From Oscillospiraceae bacterium (lineage in GTDB: Bacteria > Bacillota > Clostridia > Oscillospirales > Oscillospiraceae): a stretch of DNA of 32,000 bases. Positions 1-7,906 of the stretch are shown piece after piece. Below the pieces are notes generated by a model. It saw only the letters and a program-made list of their open reading frames with translations. It ran no database searches and was not told the DNA's origin. Where the stretch lies: NCBI GenBank assembly GCA_034927685.1, contig JAYFPO010000023.1, positions 213,967 to 245,966 of the forward strand, in the 5' to 3' direction. Made by a program: the position numbers and the translations under genes. Position 1 is the stretch's first letter; each line of letters starts with the position of its first letter.

Positions 1-2
1 GA

Positions 3-254
3 AAGGGCTGCCTCAACATCTCCAACCTGGGCAGTTCTTCGGTGCCAGAGGCCATGCGCCCCTATGTGGCACGGCTGGAATTTATTATCGGGGTACAAAA
101 AACCTATCCCAATAACTGCTCGGTGGCCTCCTGCGGCGACGTCACCTGCATCAACATGATTCGCAACATTGAGGAGCCGACCCTCGAGCGGAATTTTTTC
201 TCCCATTTGGTGGAACTGGGTATTCCCGTCACCATTGAAAGCAACGAAAGGTGA
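3..254 (+). CDS. C-terminal fragment of an unidentified protein (5' end outside window)
   Basis: Frame 3 is open from the window edge (KGCLNISNLGSSSVPEAMRPY...) to TGA at 252-254. The stop lies 4 nt before the next ORF's ATG. No family recognised. Confidence 0.35.
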   Translation, partial: KGCLNISNLGSSSVPEAMRPYVARLEFIIGVQKTYPNNCSVASCGDVTCINMIRNIEEPTLERNFFSHLVELGIPVTIESNER

Positions 255-258
255 GCCT

Positions 259-951
259 ATGTACTGTGTAAAATGCGGCGTCCGGCTGGACGACGGTCTG
301 GAGCGCTGTCCGCTCTGCGGCACGCCGGTCTGGCGGCCCGACCAGGAGGAGCCGGAGGCGGAAAGAAAATATTCCGGTCTCTACCCGGAAAAGGTGCGCA
401 ACGCGCGGCTGGCCGGGACGGCCTTTCTGACCGCCCTGCTGGCGATGGCCGCCCTTGTCTCCCTGCAAATCTGCCTGAAGGTCTACGGCGGCATAGCCTG
501 GTCCGGCTACGCCATGCTGGGCATCGCGCTGTTTTATACCATCGTTGTACTGCCCGGCTGGTTTCGCCACCCGAATCCCATGATTCTGATGCCAGTTGAC
601 CACGCGGCGGTGGCCGGCTATCTGCTCTATATCTGCCTCGTTACCGGCGGACGCTGGTTCCTCTCCTTCGCGTTTCCGGTGGTAGGGCTGTCCTGCCTGC
701 TGCTGACCGGCGTGGTCGCCCTGCTGCGATACCTGAAAGGCGGACGGCTCTATATCATCGGCGGCAGCGTCATTGTGGCCGGTGGCTTCGCGATTTTGCT
801 GGAATTTTTCCAGCACATCACCTTTGGCTCCAAAATGTTCACCTGGTCCCTCTACGTCGTGAGCGCCTGTTTCTTCTTCGGCATGTTTTTGATCGTCTCC
901 GGCTTCATCCGCCCCCTGCGCGAGTATCTGGAGCGGCGGTTTTTCCTCTGA
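259..951 (+). CDS. Zinc-ribbon membrane protein (N-terminal CxxC...CxxC, then about 6 predicted TM segments)
   Basis: The track ORF 169-951 is trimmed to ATG 259, which is preceded by GAAAGG 7 nt upstream. Translation starts MYCVKCGVRLDDGLERCPLCGTPVW, followed by long hydrophobic stretches. Confidence 0.6.
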   Translation: MYCVKCGVRLDDGLERCPLCGTPVWRPDQEEPEAERKYSGLYPEKVRNARLAGTAFLTALLAMAALVSLQICLKVYGGIAWSGYAMLGIALFYTIVVLPGWFRHPNPMILMPVDHAAVAGYLLYICLVTGGRWFLSFAFPVVGLSCLLLTGVVALLRYLKGGRLYIIGGSVIVAGGFAILLEFFQHITFGSKMFTWSLYVVSACFFFGMFLIVSGFIRPLREYLERRFFL

Positions 952-957
952 TTTGAA

Positions 958-999
958 CTACGGTGCGCTGCAAAATTACCATTTTGCAGCGCACCGTAG
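958..999. terminator. Bidirectional hairpin between convergent genes
   Basis: ctacggtgcgctgcaaaa-ttacca-ttttgcagcgcaccgtag is a perfect 18-bp stem. It lies between the stop at 951 (+) and the stop at 1002 (-). T-rich sequence (ctttatttc) follows on the plus strand. Confidence 0.6.
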
Positions 1000-1001
1000 C
1001 T

Positions 1002-2186
1002 TTATTTCAGCAGCCGCAGGACGTTTTCCACCTGTATGGCGATGCCAATGGGGATGCAGCCGTCATCCACGTCGAACTGGCAGCTATGGGCAACCAGGCG
1101 GGGCGATTCCAGTGACGGACGGCAGCCCAAGTGAAAGAAGCAAGCGGGCCGCGCCGCCGCGAAATAGGAGAAATCCTCCACGCCCATAGAGGGTGCCGGA
1201 AGCTCCACCACGTTTTCCTCGCCCAACAGCGACCGGCAGGCGGCACGGACCACGTCCACCACCGCATCCGTATTGATCAGAGGGCCGTAGCTCTCCTGCA
1301 TCGCCAGCTCCGCGCGGCCACCCAGCATGGCCGCCGTCTGCTCCGCGATGGTCCGAACCCGATCCCGCACATACAGCCGGGTATTTTGATCCAGCGTTCG
1401 GAGGATTCCCGTCAACTCAACCCGGTCCGCCACCTGATTAAGCACGTTGCCGCCATGGATGGTGCCGAAGGTGCAGACCGCCGCGTCCGTGGCGGCCACG
1501 TTTCTGCTGACCACCGATTGCAGATTATTCAGAATCGCGGCGGCAATCAGGATCGCGTCCACGCCCTCGTCTGGGTGCGCGCCATGGCAGGATTTCCCAA
1601 ATACCCGCAAATCCAGCATATCGGAAGCCGCATACATTTTTCCGTTTTTTACCCCGATCTGGCCCGTCAGCAGACCGGAGTCCACATGCAGCCCCAACAC
1701 GCAGTCCACATGCGGGTTTTCCAGGCAGCCCGCCGCGATCATCCGGGCCGCGCCGCCGATGGTTTCCTCCGCAGGCTGAAACAGCAGCTTCACGCTCCCG
1801 TGCAGCCGCTCCCGCATGGCAGAGAGCATTCTGGCCGTACCGAGCAAAATCGCCGTGTGGGCGTCGTGCCCGCAGGCATGCATCACGCCGGGTACGCGGG
1901 ACGCATAGGGAAGCTCCGGGTTCTCCTCCTGGATGGGCAGCGCATCCATGTCCGCCCGCAGACCAACCGTCGGGCCGTCCTGCGCGCCGCGCAGCAGGCC
2001 GACGACACCGGTTCCGGCGATCCTTTTTTCATAGGGAATTCCGAGTCTTTCCAGCTCGCCGCAGATCAGCTCCATGGTGCCGAATTCCCGCTCCGACAGC
2101 TCCGGGTTCTGGTGAAGCCGCCGCCGCAGAGCAATGGCATCCACGCCAATGCCAAGTGCTCGAATCTGTTCCAGACGTTCCGACAT
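1002..2186 (-). CDS. M20-family amidohydrolase (N-acyl-L-amino acid amidohydrolase / hippurate hydrolase-like)
   Basis: Contains the HACGHDAH metal-binding motif and M20D-like sequence throughout. Start moved to MSERLEQIRALG (ATG at 2186), which is preceded by GGAGGGAAC. The track ORF began 13 codons earlier. Confidence 0.85.
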   Translation of the reverse strand: MSERLEQIRALGIGVDAIALRRRLHQNPELSEREFGTMELICGELERLGIPYEKRIAGTGVVGLLRGAQDGPTVGLRADMDALPIQEENPELPYASRVPGVMHACGHDAHTAILLGTARMLSAMRERLHGSVKLLFQPAEETIGGAARMIAAGCLENPHVDCVLGLHVDSGLLTGQIGVKNGKMYAASDMLDLRVFGKSCHGAHPDEGVDAILIAAAILNNLQSVVSRNVAATDAAVCTFGTIHGGNVLNQVADRVELTGILRTLDQNTRLYVRDRVRTIAEQTAAMLGGRAELAMQESYGPLINTDAVVDVVRAACRSLLGEENVVELPAPSMGVEDFSYFAAARPACFFHLGCRPSLESPRLVAHSCQFDVDDGCIPIGIAIQVENVLRLLK

Positions 2187-2219
2187 ATTGTTCCCTCCGT
2201 CCATGCCGCGCAGCAAGGC

Positions 2220-2254
2220 GGGCACATTTCTGTTATTTTACCAGAAATGTGCCC
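2220..2254. promoter_or_regulatory. Perfect 13-bp inverted repeat (operator-like or 5'-UTR hairpin) upstream of the M20 gene
   Basis: gggcacatttctg-ttattttac-cagaaatgtgccc, located 34 nt upstream of the amidohydrolase start codon. Confidence 0.35.
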
Positions 2255-2359
2255 GCCTGTTAAGTATGCGGCGCGCTTTTTTTTCAGAAAATCCGCCATG
2301 ATCCTATCTCTCACCGGTAAATCAGGTCTGCGGAAAAATTCTTGTCCTGGAAGGCCGAG

Positions 2360-2387
2360 AAAAAACGCGGGCGGAGGCTCGCCGACG
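2360..2387 (-). terminator. Weak candidate intrinsic terminator after the GT2 gene
   Basis: Minus strand reads cgtcggcg-agcctc-cgcccgcg followed by TTTTTT. The stem is 7 bp with one mismatch. It lies about 65 nt downstream of the stop at 2452. Confidence 0.3.
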
Positions 2388-2451
2388 AGGAGAACCCGGC
2401 AGGACGGGAAAGGAACGGAAACGGCGTCCGCTCTTTCGTGAGATCGCAGGA

Positions 2452-3711
2452 TCACTCCCCGGAGGCCATCCGGCCGACTGGGACCGCAACCGTGTGCGCA
2501 ATGGGCTGCCACTGGAATTTCCGAAACAACGCACTGATCGTAATTGGTATGTAGGTCATCATAAACAGAGGAAAGGTGAAGAGATACAAAATCTTCTGCG
2601 AAGTCCCGGCATCGATTCGCTTCCACTCCGAAACGGTGGTCAGCAAGCCGACCGCCCACAGAGAGCCATAGGCGCCAAGCAAAGACTCGAGCAGGAACTG
2701 CGGCAGCATCGCCCAGCCGGCCCAGAGTACCGTAGTCGTCAGGGTAAGTGCCATGACCGCAAAGGAAACCACATAGCCCCAGAAAGAAAGCGTCGCCATT
2801 TCAAAGCTGGCGTAGCCTGTCCGGCCGCCCCGCGCCATGCCGCACAGCATATCCCAGCTACAGCGGCGCGCAATTTGCATTCCACCCTGAACCCAGCGGG
2901 TTCGTTGCCGCCAGGACTGGCGAAAAGAGGACGGCTGCTCATCGTAGAGTATGGCGCCCGGGCAGTAGCCGATTCTGGCGCCGCGCGTCGCGCACCAGGT
3001 ATTGAATTCATTGTCCTCCGTCAGCGTGAAGAAGTGCCAGCCGCCGCAGCGGTCCAGCAGCGCCCGCGTAAAGCCGAAGCCCGTACCGCTGACGGCGCAG
3101 GTGGTCCCCAGCAGCATCCGGGCCTGGTTCAGATGAACGCATTCGTGAAGAAACCACAGGGCATAACCGGCGGAAATCCAGTTGTCGCTGTAATTTTTGG
3201 AGTTCCGGTAGCCACAGAAGGCTTCATAGCCGTCGCTGCAGGTCCGGTTGATCTCCGTCAGATAGTTGGAACGCAGCAGGTTATCCGCGTCAAACACCAA
3301 AAAAGCGTCATAATTCTCGTACTCCCCGCTCTCGTGAATCCGGTCCAGCAGATAGCGGAGCGCATAGCCCTTGCCGATCTCCGTCCGGTTAAACCGGCGA
3401 TAGACCCGCGCACCGAGCCGGGCGGCCACCTCTGCGGTCCGGTCTGTACAGTTATCGGCCACTACATAGGTGGTCACCAGCTCCGCAGGGTAATTCTGCG
3501 CCGCAATGCTGTCCAGCAGATAAGGCAGTACCGCCTCCTCATTCCGCGCGGCAATCAGAATCGCGTAGCGGGTTTTCTTCTCCGGACCGTGCGCCCGCCG
3601 CTTTTGAAAGAGGGGCACAAACAGATATACAATCTGATACAGATAACAGAAACTGAGCGCAGCTGTCAGCATCCGGCAGACGACTCGTAAAATTTCGATG
3701 GTATGCACCAA
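2452..3711 (-). CDS. Processive family-2 glycosyltransferase (synthase type; IcaA/PgaC/NodC/cellulose-synthase-like), integral membrane
   Basis: Motifs seen: IAARNEE, FDADN (DxD), LTEDNEF (TED) and QRTRW (QxxRW). There is an N-terminal TM segment and several C-terminal TM segments. Start placed at TTG 3711 or GTG 3708 because AGGGAGG lies 5-8 nt upstream. The track start at 3828 is a GTG without an SD. Confidence 0.8.
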   Translation of the reverse strand: MVHTIEILRVVCRMLTAALSFCYLYQIVYLFVPLFQKRRAHGPEKKTRYAILIAARNEEAVLPYLLDSIAAQNYPAELVTTYVVADNCTDRTAEVAARLGARVYRRFNRTEIGKGYALRYLLDRIHESGEYENYDAFLVFDADNLLRSNYLTEINRTCSDGYEAFCGYRNSKNYSDNWISAGYALWFLHECVHLNQARMLLGTTCAVSGTGFGFTRALLDRCGGWHFFTLTEDNEFNTWCATRGARIGYCPGAILYDEQPSSFRQSWRQRTRWVQGGMQIARRCSWDMLCGMARGGRTGYASFEMATLSFWGYVVSFAVMALTLTTTVLWAGWAMLPQFLLESLLGAYGSLWAVGLLTTVSEWKRIDAGTSQKILYLFTFPLFMMTYIPITISALFRKFQWQPIAHTVAVPVGRMASGE

Positions 3712-3932
3712 CCGTACCTCCCTTGTCCATTTTCCTGGTTTCAGCATACCCGCTGCAAAATAAAGAAACAAGGAGGGAAGTCTATAAGTTTTTCTTAAGA
3801 AAGCGGTATCTACAACTGTATCGGACACCGTTTCGCAACGGGAAACAGGACTGTTTGGGAGAAGTTTTGCAATTTTGACTGAAGTGTGGCCCGGGAACTG
3901 TGTCTATTCATACATTTGTGTTGGTTGGTTGG

Positions 3933-6900
3933 TCAGCTGACCATACGGCCGCTGTCGCCGCCCTGGAAGTAATGCTGCTCACCGCCGATGGTCTGCCAGC
4001 CGGTCAGCATGCAGCAGCTGGGCGATGCGTTAAAGCAGAAATATCCGTCGCTCTCCGCCACATATTGCAGCCCGGTGAGGGCATGGCCATCGGCCGGGTC
4101 CAGATAGAACCACGCGCCGCCAAGCTTCTGCCAACCGGTCAGCGCCTGGCCGTCTGCCTGGAAGTAGTACCAGCTGCTGCCGAGTTCCTGCCAACCGGTC
4201 AGCGTCCGGCCGCTGTCGCCGCCACGGAAGTAGTATTGCTTGCCGTGGATGGTCTGCCAACCGGTCATCATCCGGCAGCTGGGCGATGCGTTAAAATAGA
4301 AATATCCGTCGCTCTCCGCCACATATTGCAGCCCGGTGTAAGCATGGCCGTCGGCCGGGTCCAGATAGAACCACGCGCCGCCAAGCTTCTGCCATCCGGT
4401 CAGCATCTGGCCGTTTGCCTGGAAGTAGTACCAGTTGCTGCCGAGTTCCTGCCAGCCTGTGAGCATGCGACCGCTGTCGCCGCCACGGAAGTAATACTGT
4501 TTTCCGCCGATGGTCTGCCAGCCGGTCACCATGCTGCAGCTGGGCGATGCGTTAAAGCAGAAATATCCGTCGCTCTCCGCCACATATTGCAGCCCGGTGT
4601 AAGCGTGGCCGTCGGCCGGGTCCAGATAGCACCAGGAGCCGTCAAGCTTCTGCCAGCCGGTCAGCATTTGCCCGTCTGCCCCCTCGAAGTAATACGTTTT
4701 TCCGCCGATGGTCTGCCAGCCGGTCAGCATTCGCCCGTGTGACCCCCCGAAGTAATACTGTTTTCCGTCGATGGTCTGCCAGCCGGTCAGCGTCTGGCAG
4801 CTGGGCGACGCGCTAAAGAAGTAATATCCGTCGCTCTCCGCCACATATTGCAGCCCGGTGAGGGCGTGGCCGTCGGCAGGGTCCAGATAGAACCAGGAGT
4901 CGCCAAACCACTGCCAGCCGGTCTTCATTTGCCCGTCTGGTGCCGTGAAGTAATACTGTTTTCCGTCGATGGTCTGCAAGCCGAACCGCCTCTGGCCGTC
5001 TGCCCAGAAGTAGTACCAGTAACTGTCGATTTCATGCCAGCCTGAGGTTACCGTTACCGTACATGTGGCAGTTTTTCCGTTTCTTGTCGTTGCCGTGATA
5101 ATCGCGCTGCCGGGGTCTCTCGCCGTCACGACTCCTCCTGACACTGTAGCCACCGCACTGTTGCTGGTACTCCATGTGACATCCTGATGGGAAGCATCCT
5201 CCGGTAAAACCGTCGCCTCCAGTGTTTCACGGTCATGTGGCGCCAGTGTGAGCACAGTCTTGTTCAGCGCAACGCTCTGCGCCAGCACCTGCTGATCCAC
5301 AAAGACTTTGCCGGCACGATTGGCATAGGTTTCAGCGTATGTACCGCCAATGCCATAGATGAAGGTCAAGTTTGTGGATAAGAACGCATCATTAGAAATG
5401 GAGGTGACTCCCATGCCGATCGTCACGCTTGTGAGCATTCTGCAGTCCTCGAACGCAGCTTCGCTAATGCTCCTCACTCCCGCTGGTATGGCATAGCTCG
5501 CAATTATATTGTCAGCGGGGTGCCGGATCAGAACGGTTTTATCCTTGTTGTAAAGGACACCATCTGCATCGCTGCTGTATTTGGTGTTCCCGGGCGAGAC
5601 CGTAAAACTCGTGAGTGAGTGGCAGCCATAAAATACGTAACTTCCGATCCAGCTTACGCTATCCGGTATTGTCACGCTCGTGAGTGCACTACAAGTTTGA
5701 AACGCATAATCTCCAATGATCGTCACGCTGCTCCCTATTGTTACGTTTTTGAGTGAATCGCAGCTTTCAAACGCACTATTTCCAATGATCGTCACGTTAT
5801 CCGGTATTGTCACGCTCGTAAGCGAACTGCAGCCTCTAAATGCGTTACTTCCGATGCTCGTTACGCTCCCTGGAATCGTCACGCTCGTGAGTGCGTTGCA
5901 ATCCTCAAACGTATCATATCCAATTTCTGTCGTTCCATCCGGTATTGTCACGCTCGTAAGCGAACTGCAGCCTTTAAACGCACAACATCCAATGCTCGTC
6001 ACGCTATCCGGTATCGTTACATTTGTGAGCGCGCTGCAACTTATAAACGCAAAATCTCCAATGCTCGTCACGCTATCTGGTATCGTTACATCTGTGAGTG
6101 AACAGCAGCCTTGAAATGCGTATTTTCCGATGCTCGTTACGCTCTCTGGAATCGTCACGCTCGTGAGTGAGTTGCAAGCCCCGAACATATTATCTCCAAT
6201 TTCTGTCGTTCCATCTGGTATTGTCACGCTCGTAAGCTTATTGCAGCCTCTAAATGCGCCTTGTCCGATGCTCGTTACGCTCTCTGGAATCGTCACGCTC
6301 GCAAGCGAGACGCAGCCTCCGAATGCGTTACTTCCGATGCTCGTTACGCTCTCTGGAATCGTCACGCTCGTGAGTGCGTCGCAATTTGAGAACGCATAAG
6401 AGCCAACGCTCGTCACCCCGGCAGCAATTGTCACAGTCTTGATTTTGGATCTAAATGCGCCCCATAAGGATGTGGATCCCAAATTGTACATTGCACCGGA
6501 GCCTTCTATGACGAGCTCGCTGCCTCTACGCATCGCCCATGTCACTGCTTCACCGCAGCGATCTGGCGTAAAATGCAGTAACGCATTGTTAAACTGGTCT
6601 TTGTTGTCGAGAACTCCGCGTCCAGTCCAATCCATAATTGGCCCCGCGAAATACACATTTTCCAGCGCGCCGCAATTTTGGAATAAATTCAAATTTGATA
6701 CGCTCTTCACGCCGCTTCCAATCGTCACGCTTGTAAGCGCGCTGCAATCTTGGAATGCATTGTTTTGGATGCTTGTCACGCTATTTGGTATCGTCACGCT
6801 TGTAAGCGCGCTGCATCCTTCAAACGCATGATGTTCAATGCTCGTCACGCTGTCCGGTATCGTCACGCTTGTGAGCGAACGACAATTTTCGAACGCATAT

Positions 6901-7766
6901 GCTGGGATGCTTTTTATGCTATCCGGTATTGTCACGCTCGTAAGCGCGCTGCAGCCTGAAAACTCAGATTCACTGAGGCTGGTAACCGTCGCGGGTATGA
7001 CAAAATTACTCTCTGCTTTCCCGGCAGGATAACAGACAAGCTGTGTCTTATTCATGTTATACAGAACGCCGCCGTCACTAATAAACCAATTGTTTCCATC
7101 TTCTACAGCAATATTCGTGAGCGAACTACATCCGGTGAACACCTGCCCGCCAATGCTCCTCACCTTCTCCGGGATCACCACACTCGTGAGTGAGTAACAA
7201 TGAAAAAACGCATAATCCCCAATGTTCGTCACGCTATCCGGTATCGTTACGTTTGTGAGTGAGCTGCACTCGGCAAACGCGCCATAGCCGATGCTCGTCA
7301 CACACTCCGGTATGGTCACGCTCGCGAGTAAGTCGCACCTCACGAACGCCAAAGTACCAACGCTTGTTACTCCGGATGGAATTTCGACATTCGTGAGTGC
7401 AGAACAGTCAGCAAAGGCCTCTACGCCAATGCTCGTCACGCTATCTGGTATGGTCACGCTTGCGAGTGAGCTGCACCCGTAAAACGCGCCATCAATGCTT
7501 GTTACACCAGAGCCAATGGTTGCCGTATGAATGCTGGAGACGTATGCGTGCCAAGGAGGATAATATTCCTCTGAATATTCCGTCATCGGGCCAGTACCCT
7601 CAATCATAAGTTCGCCGTCGTCGTACAGCGTCCAGGTCAGCGCGGGGCCGCAGGTTCCGGTTGCTGTGACCGTTTCGCTGACGGCCAGGGCCGTCTCTGG
7701 CAAAATGAAAAAGAATAATGCAAACGCAATCAGGATGGGCATCGCTATGGACAACGCTTTTTTCAT
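3933..7766 (-). CDS. Secreted surface protein (1277 aa): signal peptide, two BspA-type leucine-rich-repeat arrays, one Big_2 Ig-like domain, 17 cell-wall-binding (CW_binding_1/choline-binding-type) repeats
   Basis: Signal peptide MKKALSIAMPILIAFALFFFILPETALA|VS. About 23-aa units of the form SLTSVTIPDSVTSIGxxAFxxC repeat many times. Big_2-like segment: VALNKTVLTLAP...TATCTVTVT. The C-terminus carries GWQxxxGxWYYF repeats. Confidence 0.9.
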   Translation of the reverse strand: MKKALSIAMPILIAFALFFFILPETALAVSETVTATGTCGPALTWTLYDDGELMIEGTGPMTEYSEEYYPPWHAYVSSIHTATIGSGVTSIDGAFYGCSSLASVTIPDSVTSIGVEAFADCSALTNVEIPSGVTSVGTLAFVRCDLLASVTIPECVTSIGYGAFAECSSLTNVTIPDSVTNIGDYAFFHCYSLTSVVIPEKVRSIGGQVFTGCSSLTNIAVEDGNNWFISDGGVLYNMNKTQLVCYPAGKAESNFVIPATVTSLSESEFSGCSALTSVTIPDSIKSIPAYAFENCRSLTSVTIPDSVTSIEHHAFEGCSALTSVTIPNSVTSIQNNAFQDCSALTSVTIGSGVKSVSNLNLFQNCGALENVYFAGPIMDWTGRGVLDNKDQFNNALLHFTPDRCGEAVTWAMRRGSELVIEGSGAMYNLGSTSLWGAFRSKIKTVTIAAGVTSVGSYAFSNCDALTSVTIPESVTSIGSNAFGGCVSLASVTIPESVTSIGQGAFRGCNKLTSVTIPDGTTEIGDNMFGACNSLTSVTIPESVTSIGKYAFQGCCSLTDVTIPDSVTSIGDFAFISCSALTNVTIPDSVTSIGCCAFKGCSSLTSVTIPDGTTEIGYDTFEDCNALTSVTIPGSVTSIGSNAFRGCSSLTSVTIPDNVTIIGNSAFESCDSLKNVTIGSSVTIIGDYAFQTCSALTSVTIPDSVSWIGSYVFYGCHSLTSFTVSPGNTKYSSDADGVLYNKDKTVLIRHPADNIIASYAIPAGVRSISEAAFEDCRMLTSVTIGMGVTSISNDAFLSTNLTFIYGIGGTYAETYANRAGKVFVDQQVLAQSVALNKTVLTLAPHDRETLEATVLPEDASHQDVTWSTSNSAVATVSGGVVTARDPGSAIITATTRNGKTATCTVTVTSGWHEIDSYWYYFWADGQRRFGLQTIDGKQYYFTAPDGQMKTGWQWFGDSWFYLDPADGHALTGLQYVAESDGYYFFSASPSCQTLTGWQTIDGKQYYFGGSHGRMLTGWQTIGGKTYYFEGADGQMLTGWQKLDGSWCYLDPADGHAYTGLQYVAESDGYFCFNASPSCSMVTGWQTIGGKQYYFRGGDSGRMLTGWQELGSNWYYFQANGQMLTGWQKLGGAWFYLDPADGHAYTGLQYVAESDGYFYFNASPSCRMMTGWQTIHGKQYYFRGGDSGRTLTGWQELGSSWYYFQADGQALTGWQKLGGAWFYLDPADGHALTGLQYVAESDGYFCFNASPSCCMLTGWQTIGGEQHYFQGGDSGRMVS
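3936..5045 (-). repeat. 17 cell-wall-binding repeats (20-24 aa) organised as a 261-nt (87-aa) higher-order repeat, about 3.7 copies
   Basis: The string ccgtcgctctccgccacatattgcagcccggtg recurs near 4045, 4305, 4567 and 4830. The unit order GWQKL(21)-GLQYV(24)-GWQTI(22)-GWQEL(20) repeats. Confidence 0.9.
5046..5282 (-). other. Big_2 (bacterial Ig-like group 2) domain within the surface protein
   Basis: aa 829-907: AQSVALNKTVLTLAPHDRETLEATVLPEDASHQDVTWSTSNSAVATVSGGVVTARDPGSAIITATTRNGKTATCTVTVT. Confidence 0.7.
5366..7532 (-). repeat. Two tandem BspA-type LRR arrays (69-nt / 23-aa periodicity)
   Basis: Each array is introduced by a C-G-x-x-(L/V)TW...G(E)L-I-EG-G-M module: GTCGPALTWTLYDDGELMIEGTGPM and RCGEAVTWAMRRGSELVIEGSGAM. 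The nucleotide motif ctcgtcacgctatccggtatcgtcacgctcgtgag recurs. Confidence 0.85.
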
Positions 7767-7877
7767 GTTTCGTACCTCTCAATTTTGTTTTGCAGGTGGA
7801 GGTCGTCTGTTCCTGCTTCCACCTTAGGGCTGCTATGGTGGCAATGTTATTTTTTCCAATATTATCCAATATCCTAA

Positions 7878-7906
7878 TTGTAGCATGGAAACTTTTCAAA
7901 CTCAAC
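7878..7906 (-). promoter_or_regulatory. Sigma-A-type promoter for the surface-protein gene
   Basis: Minus strand reads TTGAGT-17 nt-TACAAT (-35 at 7901-7906, -10 at 7878-7883). It sits about 110 nt upstream of ATG 7766 in an AT-rich stretch. Confidence 0.5.

Noticed and set aside
3900-4742. 280-aa plus-strand ORF with internal repeats, opposite the wall-binding tail
   Set aside because: Its periodicity simply mirrors the 261-nt coding repeats of the minus-strand surface protein. The minus-strand frame gives canonical GW-type wall-binding repeats.
5700-7500. Regular 69-nt DNA periodicity that could superficially resemble a repeat-spacer array
   Set aside because: The repeats are imperfect, contiguous and in-frame within one long ORF encoding 23-aa LRR units. 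There are no unique spacers and no cas genes, so this is not CRISPR.
7767-7871. Alternative pairings CCACC / GGTGGA / TCCACC in the 5' UTR of the surface-protein gene as a possible switch
   Set aside because: The stems are only 5-7 bp and there is no recognisable aptamer. This is too weak to call without conservation data.
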